Assembly: GCA_016184045.1 (NCBI GenBank)
Contig: JACPDM010000034.1
Span: 2,683 to 55,280, forward strand
Length of the DNA: 52,598 bases
Direction of reading: 5' to 3'
Source: Micavibrio aeruginosavorus
GTDB lineage: Bacteria; Pseudomonadota; Alphaproteobacteria; Micavibrionales; Micavibrionaceae
Shown here: one piece after another, positions 39,697 through 50,017 of the stretch
How the letters are laid out: every line of letters starts with the position of its first letter
Numbering within the stretch: position 1 is the stretch's first letter
Made by a program: the position numbers and the translations under genes
Notes under the pieces: model-generated
Seen by the model: only the letters and a program-made list of their open reading frames with translations
The model's database searches: none
What the model was told of the DNA's origin: nothing

Positions 39697-40728
39697 TCAC
39701 CCGTCCATCATGTAAGCGCCGATAGCGCGCCAGAACCCGAGAGCCTTTTGCTGCTTGCGACGGTATTGGCGAGCGATTTTTTCGGCCGTTTGCTCTGTCG
39801 TGTTTATGGCAGAAATCGCGCGGCTTTCCAGCGGACTTCTCGCAGCGTCATTGAAGGCAACGACCAGCCCCTGCTGCATGGATCTTTTGTATTCATCCTT
39901 CGCGACACTGGAAAAAACATGGACCGCTTTCCCTGTGGAAACCGATTCCGAAACGATCGAAAGGGATGAGCCGCAGACAATGATATGGTCTGACTGCCCC
40001 AAAAGCCCGATATAGGGATTATAGGCCCTGTTTTTCCTGCCGCTGTTGAGGTCGTGCCCCAGCAGCATGACACGGTCTTGAATGCCGATACGATTAAAAG
40101 CGCTGTCAAGGGATGACAGCATCGTATTGTATCCACCTGACGACGTTCTGCGGCTCGAGCAGACAAACACGGTGGATTGAGGAAAATTCTTGATTCTGGC
40201 CGCCAGTGTTTGCGAAAAGCCGAATGAGGTGTCATCGGCCATCATGACCGCGATCAGCGGACGGGGCAGGCCGGGATAGGCATCTGTAAATTTCACGCCT
40301 TCGGCCCTGTAGATTTCCGGCGTCAGGTGATGCGCGACCATCTCCCGCCTTGAGCCGAGCCACGGTCCCAGGTTCTCGTTGATTTCGTCGATGATGAACG
40401 GGAGTTTATGAATTTTGTCCGGGTCGGCCTGACTGGTCCAGTCGCAGCGGTGGCGGGAGAAGATGATGTCCGGCGTTCCGATTTTTTGCAGATGCGCGGC
40501 CAGCGGATCGCCCTTGATCTCCGGATAAAGGGTCGCAAGCACCTCCTCATCGACATAGTGGTATTCGCCGCCGAGTTTTTGCGCGACCGCTTTCCCAAGG
40601 CCGATATAGCCGTGGCTGTCGCCGCGGGAGCTGTCATCTCCCAGTGTGCTGACCAGCACAAGGGGTTTTTCGGGAAGGTAGGGCGGCCTTGCGGCGCTGT
40701 TAAAGATATTTCTCAGCATATTAAGCAT
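39697..40728 (-). CDS. ELM1/GtrOC1-like (GT-B fold) protein, divergent
   Basis: SSRRT and NPYIGLL..SDHIIV.G.S.S..SE..STGK.V motifs; AAGGAGG before ATG 40728. Confidence 0.7.
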   Translation of the reverse strand: MLNMLRNIFNSAARPPYLPEKPLVLVSTLGDDSSRGDSHGYIGLGKAVAQKLGGEYHYVDEEVLATLYPEIKGDPLAAHLQKIGTPDIIFSRHRCDWTSQADPDKIHKLPFIIDEINENLGPWLGSRREMVAHHLTPEIYRAEGVKFTDAYPGLPRPLIAVMMADDTSFGFSQTLAARIKNFPQSTVFVCSSRRTSSGGYNTMLSSLDSAFNRIGIQDRVMLLGHDLNSGRKNRAYNPYIGLLGQSDHIIVCGSSLSIVSESVSTGKAVHVFSSVAKDEYKRSMQQGLVVAFNDAARSPLESRAISAINTTEQTAEKIARQYRRKQQKALGFWRAIGAYMMDG

Positions 40729-40849
40729 CCCTCCTTGCGGAACGGGGTGGTGCGTCGGGCGGAACAGGGTCTTATTTATCATATTCATTGACATTATGAA
40801 AATAAAAAACTATACTCCCGCCATCTTTTGACAAAACGAGGGGATTTCC

Positions 40850-41116
40850 ATGGCCGATACCATCGCACAAAAACGCCTGTTTACCGCCGCCGCGACGGGC
40901 GACAAGGCCACCATCCGCGCACTGGTGTTCGAGGACGTCGATTTCGACGCCCGTGATGAGGAAGACCGCACGGCCTTTAACATCGCCACGCAATACGGCC
41001 ATGTCGATACCGCCAAGACCATTCTTGCGGCGCGGCAGATGAAAGCAATGCAGGTTATGGGCCTGACTTCGCCGCAGTTCGAGGATGTAGCTCGCAGGGC
41101 GGTCCGCCGTGCCTGA
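40850..41116 (+). CDS. Small ankyrin-repeat protein
   Basis: LFTAAATGD....RAL and DARD...RTAFNIATQYGHVDTAKTIL; GAGGGG RBS. Confidence 0.8.
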   Translation: MADTIAQKRLFTAAATGDKATIRALVFEDVDFDARDEEDRTAFNIATQYGHVDTAKTILAARQMKAMQVMGLTSPQFEDVARRAVRRA

Positions 41117-41321
41117 TTCGCTCAAGGCCGCCTTTTCCTACGACGATATCCCCGTGACGCCCGAGGAAGATGAGGCGTTCAACGAGCTTGAGCGCAGGAT
41201 CGGATCGACGACCTTGTTTTGCGACCGCCCTTCGCATCCGGCAGTGCCGCCGCCGGCCACCCGGCGGCCCCGCGGCATAAACCGGGCGCGGCAGCGCGGC
41301 CTGTGCTTCAAAATTCCCTGA
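41109..41321 (+). CDS. Small hypothetical protein
   Basis: GTG start overlaps the upstream stop; fills the gap before purA. Confidence 0.45.
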   Translation: MPDSLKAAFSYDDIPVTPEEDEAFNELERRIGSTTLFCDRPSHPAVPPPATRRPRGINRARQRGLCFKIP

Positions 41322-41407
41322 AATCCGCCGTTTCCTAGCGATTCATATTGATTCCAGCCGGGCGATCGGGCAAAACTGGTCCGTAACAGCCAACATCGGA
41401 GGACTTT

Positions 41408-42703
41408 ATGGGCAACGTTGCAGTCATCGGCTCCCAATGGGGGGACGAGGGCAAGGGGAAGATTGTCGACTGGCTGTCCAGCCGGGCGGATATCGTGGTC
41501 CGTTTTCAGGGCGGGCATAATGCCGGACATACGCTGGTCATCGACGGCGTCACCTATAAACTCCATCTGCTGCCGTCCGGCGTGGTCCGCAAGGGCAAGC
41601 TGGCGATCATCGGCAACGGCGTCGTGATCGATCCGTGGGCGCTGCTGAAAGAGATTGAAGACGTCCGGGCGCAGGGCGTCGATGTATCCCCGGCCAATCT
41701 GATGATTGCCGAGAACGCCAATATGATCCTGCCTATCCACTCCGCCATCGACAAGGCGTTTGAAGCGGCGCGGGGCAGCAAGTCCATCGGCACCACCGGG
41801 CGCGGCATCGGTCCGGCCTATGAGGACAAGGTCGCCCGGCGCGGCATCCGCATCTGCGATCTGGCGCATGAGACGCTTTTGAAAGAGAAAATCGAAAACC
41901 TGCTCCTGCATCACAATGCCCTGCTCAAGGGGCTTGGCGCGGAAACGGTGTCGCCGCAGGCGGTTTATGACGGCCTGATGCAAATTTCCGGCACGATCCT
42001 GCAATATGCATCCCCGGTGTGGAAGCGTCTTGACGCCGCGAACAAGAGCGGGGAGAAGGTTCTGTTCGAGGGCGCGCAAGGGGCGATGCTCGATGTCGAT
42101 CACGGCACATACCCGTATGTCACGTCCTCCAACACGGTGGCGGGCCAGGCGGCTTCAGGCTCCGGCGTCGGGCCGCGCAGCGTGGGTTACGTTCTCGGGA
42201 TCACCAAGGCCTATACCACCCGTGTTGGCTCCGGCCCGTTCCCGACCGAATTGCTGGATGCGGACGGCGAATTGCTGGGCTCGCGCGGGCATGAATTCGG
42301 CACGACCACTGGCCGGAAACGCCGCTGCGGCTGGTTCGATGCGGCGCTGGTGCGGCAGACGACGAAGATTTCCGGCATTCACGGCATCGCCCTGACCAAG
42401 CTGGATGTTCTCGATGCGTTCAAGGAGATCAAGATCTGCACCGGTTATGAGCTGGATGGCCAGATCGTCGATCATCTTCCGGCCTCGCAACTGCATCAGG
42501 CCAATCTGAAGCCGGTTTACGAGGTTATCGAGGGCTGGAACCAGAGCACGCGCGGCGCGCGGAGCTGGGCCGACCTGCCCGCAACGGCAATCAAATATGT
42601 CCGCCGGATCGAGGAACTGGTCGAAACCCCGGTGACGCTCCTGTCCACCAGTCCGGAGCGTGACGACACCATCCTGATGCAGGATCCGTTTCTGGCCGCA
42701 TAG
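41408..42703 (+). CDS. purA: Adenylosuccinate synthetase
   Basis: [29 protein letters not shown] and TTGR.RRCGW motifs. Confidence 0.98.
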   Translation: MGNVAVIGSQWGDEGKGKIVDWLSSRADIVVRFQGGHNAGHTLVIDGVTYKLHLLPSGVVRKGKLAIIGNGVVIDPWALLKEIEDVRAQGVDVSPANLMIAENANMILPIHSAIDKAFEAARGSKSIGTTGRGIGPAYEDKVARRGIRICDLAHETLLKEKIENLLLHHNALLKGLGAETVSPQAVYDGLMQISGTILQYASPVWKRLDAANKSGEKVLFEGAQGAMLDVDHGTYPYVTSSNTVAGQAASGSGVGPRSVGYVLGITKAYTTRVGSGPFPTELLDADGELLGSRGHEFGTTTGRKRRCGWFDAALVRQTTKISGIHGIALTKLDVLDAFKEIKICTGYELDGQIVDHLPASQLHQANLKPVYEVIEGWNQSTRGARSWADLPATAIKYVRRIEELVETPVTLLSTSPERDDTILMQDPFLAA

Positions 42704-42719
42704 CCGCCCTGTATGAATG

Positions 42720-42756
42720 TGCCCCCGCCCCGGAGATTCCGGGGCGGGGGCATTTT
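42720..42756 (+). terminator. Intrinsic terminator after purA
   Basis: TGCCCCCGCCCCGGA-GAT-TCCGGGGCGGGGGCA-TTTT. Confidence 0.85.
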
Positions 42757-42837
42757 ACAAATGGGCCGCGCGCAGGTAGAATGGAACATGTCGTCCTTGC
42801 GGCGACGGCCCCGCTTTCTCTTTTTTCCAGAATTATT

Positions 42838-44937
42838 GTGAGTGACGCCCAGGCGAACAAGGACCAGAAGGCCCAGAACCCCGCGGAATCTGCTGCGGGG
42901 ATCGGTCTGTCCGATCCATTGGCGGAGCAGATTGCCTCCTACCGCGATCAGTTTTACATTCACCCCGCAAAGCGCATCAAGCAGTTCGATCAGGGGCCGG
43001 TGAAGGCTTATGCCGCATCGGGCCTGACCGATGTATCGAACGCGACGCATTATGCCCTTGTCTGCGAGCCCAATCTGACGCCCCGGGCCCGGGCGGCGGC
43101 GGCGTTCTCGCGGCTCATCAATGCCAACCTGACCAAGCTGGTGGCCTGCGGGCCGGTTTACTGGTCTCCGGCGCGGGCCGAACGCTACGTCCTGATTTAC
43201 GAGCTTTTTGCCGGGCAGCCTTTAATGCCGGAGGGGCAGTTCCGGGGCCTGGACCTGAAGCCGGAGCTGGTTCAGGACACGATGATCCGGCCTCTGGTGA
43301 ATGCGCTTTTGGATATGCGCGACGCAGATGTCGTTCATGGCAATATCCGGCCGTCGAATATCTTTGTCACTGGCGTCGGGGCGGGATTCGATCGCATTCT
43401 GCTCGGCGAGTGCCTTGCGACGCCGCCATCCTATTGCCAGCCCGCTTTTCTGGAGACGATCGAGCGGGCGATGGCCGATCCGATCGGGCGCGGCCTGCCG
43501 ACCTTGGATAGCGATATTTATTCTCTGGGCGCGACCCTTGCCGTTTTGCTCCGCTCCCGCGATCCGATGGAAGGCATGTCCACCGAAGAGATGATCCGCT
43601 TCAAGATCGATCAGGGAAGTTATATCGCCCTGACCGGGAAGGACCGCTTCACCGGCGCGATTCTCGAACTTCTGCGCGGATGCCTGCAGGACGACAGGTC
43701 GCAGCGCTGGACCCTTGAGGACATCATCAGCTGGATGGAAGGGCAGCGTCTTTCACCCAAACCGCCCTCCAAGAAAATCAAGGCCGCAAGGCCGATTCAC
43801 TTTCTGGATGAGCGGTATTTTCGTCCGGCCTTGCTCGCCATGGACCTGAATAAAAACCAGTCCGAGGCTGCACAGATCATTGAAAACGGCCATCTGGCGC
43901 AATGGGTCGAGCGGTCGCTTGAGGATTCCACCATTATGACGCGGCTGGAAACCGCTATGGAGGCCGTAGCGGAGCAAGGGCGGGGGCCGGGTTACTGGGA
44001 CCGCCTGATCAGCCGGGTGTCCATTGCTCTCGATCCCGAAGCGCCCATCCGCTACAAGGGTATGACTCTGGCGCCGGAGGGGATTTCCTACGCCCTGACC
44101 GACGCCATGATCCGGCGCAGCGATCTCCAGCCTTTTCTTGACCTCATCAACCAGCAGGTCGTGATGTTCTGGCTGACGGCGCAGGTCGAAACGCAGGTGG
44201 ATGTCGGCAGCCTTGTGTCCCGCTATGACACGTGCCGGGCGATTCTAAAGCAGCAGAATATTGCCTATGGCATTGAGCGATGCCTTTACTATTTGAATGC
44301 CGAATGCCCGTGCCTCAGCGACAAGATCAAGGGATTTTATGTGCAGACGCCCGAGGACCTGATGACTGCGCTCGAAAAGGTGGCGGCGCAACCCGGGCGC
44401 CCGGAGTTGATGCTGGACCGCCATAGCATCGCCTTTATTTCCGTGAAGGACCGCAAGGATGTCGACCCGTTCCTGATGGAGTTGAATGCGCCGGAGCATT
44501 ACAAGCGCATTCTTGGCAATCTTAAAACGCTGGCGACGATCCAGCAGCGCTCGCGTCTTGAGAAGTTTCCCGGGATTTGCCGCTGGTTCGCGCAGATTAT
44601 GGATCCGGTTTACGAGCGCGTTCATGACCGCGAATTGCGCAAATCGATGAAGGACAAAGTCGGGCAGCTGGCTGAAACCGGAGATCTCGGCAAGATCGCC
44701 AGCATCCTCGACAATCCGGCGACGATGCAAAAAGATACGGAGAATTACAATCAGGCGCGCAGCGATTATTACAAGCTCCGCGTTGAGAGCGCAAAGCTTG
44801 AGGATAAGCTCGCAGACCCGGCGCAGTTCCGGCGCGGAATGGGGCGCGAGGTTGCAGCGCTTGTCGCCTGTATTATTTCCGGCGTTACGATTCTGTTTTT
44901 CGTCTTCATGTTTTTTACCAAAGGCAGCATTTTCTGA
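42838..44937 (+). CDS. Hanks-type kinase-fold protein (probable pseudokinase) with a C-terminal TM helix
   Basis: VHGNIRPSNIF, LGEC, DIYSLGA.L and L..CL..D...R motifs; start may be 42781. Confidence 0.8.
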   Translation: MSDAQANKDQKAQNPAESAAGIGLSDPLAEQIASYRDQFYIHPAKRIKQFDQGPVKAYAASGLTDVSNATHYALVCEPNLTPRARAAAAFSRLINANLTKLVACGPVYWSPARAERYVLIYELFAGQPLMPEGQFRGLDLKPELVQDTMIRPLVNALLDMRDADVVHGNIRPSNIFVTGVGAGFDRILLGECLATPPSYCQPAFLETIERAMADPIGRGLPTLDSDIYSLGATLAVLLRSRDPMEGMSTEEMIRFKIDQGSYIALTGKDRFTGAILELLRGCLQDDRSQRWTLEDIISWMEGQRLSPKPPSKKIKAARPIHFLDERYFRPALLAMDLNKNQSEAAQIIENGHLAQWVERSLEDSTIMTRLETAMEAVAEQGRGPGYWDRLISRVSIALDPEAPIRYKGMTLAPEGISYALTDAMIRRSDLQPFLDLINQQVVMFWLTAQVETQVDVGSLVSRYDTCRAILKQQNIAYGIERCLYYLNAECPCLSDKIKGFYVQTPEDLMTALEKVAAQPGRPELMLDRHSIAFISVKDRKDVDPFLMELNAPEHYKRILGNLKTLATIQQRSRLEKFPGICRWFAQIMDPVYERVHDRELRKSMKDKVGQLAETGDLGKIASILDNPATMQKDTENYNQARSDYYKLRVESAKLEDKLADPAQFRRGMGREVAALVACIISGVTILFFVFMFFTKGSIF

Positions 44938-44939
44938 TC

Positions 44940-45461
44940 ATGGCGGGCGCAAGAAAAAAGCTGAAAAAAAAGGCGCATCTGGGCTGGAAAGGCCAGATTC
45001 TGCTGATCTTTATGCTGCTGGCCGCCCTTGCGGCCTTGCCGACGACCGTCATGCTGTTCTTTGGCATGCTGCCAACGGCGGCTGCGGCCTTTATTGACAG
45101 GACGGCGGAAAAAACCCGGGTGCTGACGGTCGGGGCGATGAATCTGGCCGGGTGTTCGCCGTTTATCCTGCAGCTCTGGACGTCCGAGCACAGCATTGAG
45201 AATTCCGTGATGATCGTGACGGATCCCCGCACGATCATCGTCATGTATTGCGCGGCCGGGATCGGCTATATGATCGACTGGACGGTTTCCGGCCTTGTCG
45301 GAGCGTTCATGGTTTCCCGTGCCAGCAGCCGCCTTGAACAGATAGCCAAACACCAGAAGGAAATGGTCGTGCGCTGGGGCCGTGATGTTACCGGGGAAAT
45401 ACCGGTTGACAGTTTCGGGTTTCCGCTTGATTCTGATGCAGAAGAGAAAAAGTCCGGATGA
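44940..45461 (+). CDS. Hypothetical membrane protein coupled to the kinase-like gene
   Basis: Starts 2 nt after the upstream stop; 3-4 TMs. Confidence 0.8.
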   Translation: MAGARKKLKKKAHLGWKGQILLIFMLLAALAALPTTVMLFFGMLPTAAAAFIDRTAEKTRVLTVGAMNLAGCSPFILQLWTSEHSIENSVMIVTDPRTIIVMYCAAGIGYMIDWTVSGLVGAFMVSRASSRLEQIAKHQKEMVVRWGRDVTGEIPVDSFGFPLDSDAEEKKSG

Positions 45462-45765
45462 GCGGTAAACAAAAGGCCTTGTATGGGGAATGCATGTGAT
45501 CGTCAGGGTATGGCGTAAACCGCTCTAGTAATTATGCAAATAAAAACCATAATATTTGTGGGCTATAATCGATTTAATGTTTTGTTTTTAAATTTTTAAA
45601 TAAATAGAAATACAGAAATACATGGCATAAGTAATTATTGGTCCTTTTTTACATGAATCCATGAATTCATAAAATTTATGTAAAAAGATCAGGACGCCAG
45701 AAGGTGTTTTATTTACCTTTCCCTGGAGTTTTATTCTGTAAATTTTCCGCAAGGTGTGTTTTTTT

Positions 45766-45780
45766 TTAACCACTCTTTAA
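45766..45780. promoter_or_regulatory. CtrA-type box upstream of flp
   Basis: TTAA-CCACTCT-TTAA. Confidence 0.6.
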
Positions 45781-45903
45781 AAATATCAGGTATATTCTGG
45801 GGAATGTAGGTTAGGCTTCAATGGTGCTGCAATGGCATTATGCGAAGTTAACGGGTTAATTTAATGCTGGAAACCAAACAAGGAAATGAAGGAGTCTAAA
45901 GCA

Positions 45904-46101
45904 ATGTTGCTCAAACTGATGGCTTTTGTTCAGGCCTATAAACAGGATATCAAAGGTGCTACCGCGATTGAGTATGGCCTCATTGCGGGCGGTGTTTCGC
46001 TCGCTATCGTGACGGCTGTGTTCCTCTTCGGGGATAGCCTGGCGAGCATGTTCTCGACTATCGCCGGTAAAATGGCCTCTGCTGAGGCACGTGGCGGCTA
46101 A
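45904..46101 (+). CDS. flp: Major Flp pilin of the Tad locus
   Basis: DIKGATAIEYGLIA motif; AAGGAG RBS; first gene of the cpa cluster. Confidence 0.93.
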   Translation: MLLKLMAFVQAYKQDIKGATAIEYGLIAGGVSLAIVTAVFLFGDSLASMFSTIAGKMASAEARGG

Positions 46102-46117
46102 TAGGCTCACGTTTTAC

Positions 46118-46160
46118 GCAAAGGACCCATCCTGCAATCGGGATGGGTCTTTTGCTTTTT
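46118..46160 (+). terminator. Intrinsic terminator after the pilin
   Basis: GCAAAGGACCCATCC...GGATGGGTCTTTTGC followed by TTTTT. Confidence 0.85.
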
Positions 46161-46176
46161 GAGGAAGGTCTTTTGG

Positions 46177-46737
46177 ATGGTCATTTTTTTCTTTGTCGTT
46201 TATTGCCTGTCGCTGCTGGTTGCGCTTGGCGCAATGATTGTCGCAGGCATCAGCGACTTCCGTACAATGACCATTCCAAACCGTTATCCCGTGGCGATCA
46301 TTGCGGCTTTCTGTATCGCCTTTGTGTTCTCGCGGGCGATGGGCGTGCAGGGGCCATTTGAGCCGCTTGCGGCGCATGGGCTGGCGCTGGGAATTGTTGC
46401 TTTGGTAACATTTGTTATGTTCGCCCTGAGGATATGGGGGGCTGGAGATTCCAAGCTGGCCAGCGCTATTGCTCTATGGGCGGGGCTGAAGGGGATGGTT
46501 CCGTTTTTCATGGTTATGGCCTTTACCGGGCTTGGCCTGGTGGTGTTGGGCAGGGTGCTGTCGTATTTCAGGTTCTTTGCAGCCGATCCTGCCGGAGTTT
46601 GGCCCTGCCGGTTAAAGGCGGGGCTGCGCGTCTTGCCTTATGGAATTGCGATTGTGGGCGGCGGCGGCGCGGCCTTTGTCAGGCAGGGATATTTCGAATT
46701 TCTCCCGTTGCTCCGGGCGGCAGGAATCGGCGGGTAG
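46177..46737 (+). CDS. cpaA: A24 prepilin peptidase
   Basis: SDFRTM.IPN, WGAGDSKL and LPYGIAI motifs. Confidence 0.9.
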   Translation: MVIFFFVVYCLSLLVALGAMIVAGISDFRTMTIPNRYPVAIIAAFCIAFVFSRAMGVQGPFEPLAAHGLALGIVALVTFVMFALRIWGAGDSKLASAIALWAGLKGMVPFFMVMAFTGLGLVVLGRVLSYFRFFAADPAGVWPCRLKAGLRVLPYGIAIVGGGGAAFVRQGYFEFLPLLRAAGIGG

Positions 46738-46750
46738 GATATTTGGGGAT

Positions 46751-46765
46751 TTAACCTTGTGTTAA
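46751..46765. promoter_or_regulatory. CtrA-type box upstream of cpaB
   Basis: TTAA-CCTTGTG-TTAA. Confidence 0.65.
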
Positions 46766-46895
46766 AAAGAGGTATAGTGTTCGGGTAATGCCTCTTCCCG
46801 CTGCCCGCCCGGGCGGCGTTCCGGTTGGTTCCGGTTGTCATTTAAATGCTTCTCTGACTGCACTTCCGCCTTTTTTCAAACCCGTGAGGGAATCG

Positions 46896-47822
46896 ATGAA
46901 CAAGAATGTCCTGATAGCCTTTGGTGGCGCTGCATTGATCGCCGTTCTTGTGGCCGCACTGATGAGCGCCATGTTGAAAGGCGGGAAGAAAGAAGAGAGC
47001 GATGCTGCTCCGCGCGTACAGATCATGGTCGCCGCGCAGGATATCGGGGTTGGAGAGGTCCTGACCGAAACCAATGTGAAATGGAAGAGTTGGCCGCAGG
47101 ATGCGGCGTTGCCCGGGACAATCCAGCGCAAGGGCAACAATGAAAAACTGGCGGATGCCGCCAAGGGCCGGACAATCCGGGCGATTGCGATGGACGAGCC
47201 CGTTTTGAGAAGCGCCATGGTCAGTGAGGAGGGGGGATTTCTTGCGGCCCAGCTCGCGCCTGGCATGCGTGCAGTTTCGATTAAAACCATACCCAGTACA
47301 ATGGTCGGGGGGTTTATCAACCCTGGCGATTTTGTCGATGTTGTTCTGACTTATAAGATCGATATCCGATATGCTGGAGGTGGTGGTAATAGATTTAGTA
47401 ATAATGGCGGGGACGGAACGCTGGCTGCGGATGTAAACCGGATGATTGCGCTTAATCTCGATGAGCGCGCTGCTGATACAATCCTTGAGAATGTCAAGGT
47501 TCTCGGGATCGATCAGAGCGCCGTAGTCGATAAGAATGCGCCGGCTAAGCTCGCGAAGACCGTGACGCTCGAAGTTGATCAGCGTGGCGCTGAAATTATT
47601 GCGCTGGCGACGAAAATGGGTGACATCACTCTAGTCTTGCGCCCGCTAGGTGATAATCAAATTGTCGTTGACGATTCTCCAACGGTTTCGGATGCGCGTC
47701 TTGCGCGGATTAATAGGGAACTTTTTGGAAAAATATACAGTTTGGAGGAGTATTCTGGCGTTCAACGCGGGAATGTACGAATCTATAATGGCGGAAATGT
47801 CACGAATATGCCTGTCCGCTAA
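46896..47822 (+). CDS. cpaB: Flp pilus assembly protein CpaB/RcpC
   Basis: SAF domain; PGMRAVSI, VGGFI.PGD.VDV, ILENVKVL.IDQ and VTLEV motifs. Confidence 0.92.
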   Translation: MNKNVLIAFGGAALIAVLVAALMSAMLKGGKKEESDAAPRVQIMVAAQDIGVGEVLTETNVKWKSWPQDAALPGTIQRKGNNEKLADAAKGRTIRAIAMDEPVLRSAMVSEEGGFLAAQLAPGMRAVSIKTIPSTMVGGFINPGDFVDVVLTYKIDIRYAGGGGNRFSNNGGDGTLAADVNRMIALNLDERAADTILENVKVLGIDQSAVVDKNAPAKLAKTVTLEVDQRGAEIIALATKMGDITLVLRPLGDNQIVVDDSPTVSDARLARINRELFGKIYSLEEYSGVQRGNVRIYNGGNVTNMPVR

Positions 47823-47880
47823 ATTTGCCCACCCGTCTCATGGCCGTCCGGTCATGATCATCCATGAAAGAACATTAACG

Positions 47881-49341
47881 ATGTGTGTTGCGATGAAACG
47901 ATTGTGCAATAGACTGTTTTCCTTCCGCAGGATTGCGGCATTTGCCGTTCTGGTTGCCGGGCTAACTTTTGTTCCGGTACTTTGCGCTTATGCAGACAAG
48001 GCGGATCTGGTTTCAGTCGATGCTGCGAAGGTTCGCGGGGGAAATCTTGTCGGGGTTACCCTCGGTAAGGGTGAGGTCGTTGAAATCAAGGGCGATGTCG
48101 CCGATATCCTCGTAGCCAATCCGGCGGTTGCCGATGTCGTTGCCTTGCAATCCAACAAGCTGTATGTCGTCGGCTCGCAGCTTGGCGATACGAATTTGAT
48201 CGCGCTGGATTCTGAAGGGAATGTCATCGAGCGTCTGGACATTCATGTCATGATCGATGAAGCAGCGATCCAGAAATATCTTAACGAACTGTACCCGGAT
48301 GAACATGTTATCGTAAAAGCATTGAATGATCAGGTCATCCTGACAGGGACGGTATCCAACCCGGCTATCTCGAACCGCATATCCCAGGTCGTTTCCGCCT
48401 ATATCGGCGAGATACAGGATATGGAGGGCTCAACGGATGAAATTATTGTCAATCTTCTGAATGTGTCAGGCGAGCAGCAGGTTATGCTTCGCGTGAAGAT
48501 TCTTGAGGTTTCGAAGTCGCTGATCAAGGAGCTCGGCATTGAAAGCGAGCTGAACAGGGAGCAGGGGAATTTCATAGGGGCTCTTGGCATTTCGACGTCG
48601 GGAGTCGGGATCACACAGCCGGCGTTTGGGCTTGGAACCCTTATTTTCGATGATGGCGGCAGCGTCGGCCCGATCAGCGCGATTCTTTCGGCGCTTGAGC
48701 AGGGCGAGATGGTTCAAACCCTGGCTGAGCCGAATTTGACCGCAATCTCTGGTCAGGAGGCCGGATTCCTGGCGGGCGGGGAGTTCCCTGTGCCGGCGGG
48801 ACGCGATAGTGACGGCAACGTTTTGATCGAATTCCGTCCCTTTGGCGTATCGCTTAATTTCCGTCCGACCGTTATGTCCGAGAACCGGATCAGTCTGCAA
48901 TTGAACACGGAAGTGTCGTCGGTTTCGCGGGATGAAACAGTAACGCTCGAGGGGCTTGAGGTTCCAGGCCGGAATATTCGCCGGGCATCTACTACAATCG
49001 AGGTTCCCAGCGGTGGCGGCATGATGATTGGCGGGCTTTTGCAGTCCAATACGGTTAAGGGTATGGCTGGTTTGCCGGGCGTGAACGATGTTCCGGTTCT
49101 GGGCGATTTGATTTCATCACGCAGTTTCAATCGTGATGAAACGGAACTGGTTGTCCTAGTCACGGCATACCTTGTTTCGCCGTACGCTGAGAAGGAAAAT
49201 AAGAAGCAGGATGACAATATCCCTGCTGGACAAGCTGTTCCTCTCGCGAATGCTTTTGCCGATAATATTCGCCGGATCTATGGGCGAAAGGCCTCGGGTC
49301 TTCTGGACGATGGGTCGCGTTATGGCTATCTGATCAACTGA
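47881..49341 (+). CDS. cpaC: Tad secretin CpaC/RcpA (start approximate)
   Basis: VANP.VADV, BON-like segment, QVML.V, LAEPNL.A.SG..A.FLAGGEFP and ETELV motifs. Confidence 0.93.
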   Translation: MCVAMKRLCNRLFSFRRIAAFAVLVAGLTFVPVLCAYADKADLVSVDAAKVRGGNLVGVTLGKGEVVEIKGDVADILVANPAVADVVALQSNKLYVVGSQLGDTNLIALDSEGNVIERLDIHVMIDEAAIQKYLNELYPDEHVIVKALNDQVILTGTVSNPAISNRISQVVSAYIGEIQDMEGSTDEIIVNLLNVSGEQQVMLRVKILEVSKSLIKELGIESELNREQGNFIGALGISTSGVGITQPAFGLGTLIFDDGGSVGPISAILSALEQGEMVQTLAEPNLTAISGQEAGFLAGGEFPVPAGRDSDGNVLIEFRPFGVSLNFRPTVMSENRISLQLNTEVSSVSRDETVTLEGLEVPGRNIRRASTTIEVPSGGGMMIGGLLQSNTVKGMAGLPGVNDVPVLGDLISSRSFNRDETELVVLVTAYLVSPYAEKENKKQDDNIPAGQAVPLANAFADNIRRIYGRKASGLLDDGSRYGYLIN

Positions 49342-49351
49342 TTGCCACCTT

Positions 49352-50017
49352 ATGGAGACAAGCATGCGTATCAAAACGAAATCCGGTCTGGGTGTTCTCG
49401 TTGCCATTCTGTTAATGGGCGGTTGCGATTCGATCGTTTACAACGTACCGACCGAAGTGACGGACAATCGGGCTGAGGTTTATCGCAGCAGTACTGATTT
49501 CGAGATCAAGACATCGGATCTGGGAGAGCCTCAACTTCAGAAAATTGCGCAAGATTACCGGCGCTATGGCGAAACCCCGATGCAGGTGACGGTAACCTAT
49601 GATCCGGTGTCGCAGGTCAATACGGCAAGGCGCGCGAGCGAGGCTGCAGCCAGAATTTCTGACGGTTTGCGCGCCCAGGGCGTCAGGGCAATCAATATTG
49701 ATACGATGCCGGTCCAGGCATTGGGCGATGGCTCAACCACATTGGTCAGTTACGATGCACTGGAGGCGCGCGCGCCTTCCGGCTGTGAATCGGCTATAGA
49801 CATGGATTTTGCCACTTTCAAGCAGGCCGATGACTATAAGCTTGGCTGCAGTATCGAGACCCATCTTGCCAAACAGGTTACCCGCCCGAAAGATTTGATG
49901 GGAAGCGACCATATGGATAATGCGCAGGGGCGTTATACCGCCAATTCGCTGGAGCGCTACATGGTTGGCGATCTTAATGAGCCGATCGCGGGGGAGGTCG
50001 CTTCGGAAGGGCAATAA
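49352..50017 (+). CDS. cpaD: CpaD-like pilus lipoprotein
   Basis: Lipobox MGGC; C...LGC.....LA.QV.RP.DL. Confidence 0.75.
   Translation: METSMRIKTKSGLGVLVAILLMGGCDSIVYNVPTEVTDNRAEVYRSSTDFEIKTSDLGEPQLQKIAQDYRRYGETPMQVTVTYDPVSQVNTARRASEAAARISDGLRAQGVRAINIDTMPVQALGDGSTTLVSYDALEARAPSGCESAIDMDFATFKQADDYKLGCSIETHLAKQVTRPKDLMGSDHMDNAQGRYTANSLERYMVGDLNEPIAGEVASEGQ

Noticed and set aside
45588-45773. 61-aa ORF in the AT-rich tract
   Set aside because: Atypical composition, no RBS, overlaps the likely pilin promoter
47650-47880. Extended N-termini in the ORF track (cpaC here; also manC, ahpC, ahpD, rsmI, cpaB and the vWA gene)
   Set aside because: They overlap neighbouring genes or promoters; downstream starts with an RBS or family-typical N-termini fit better
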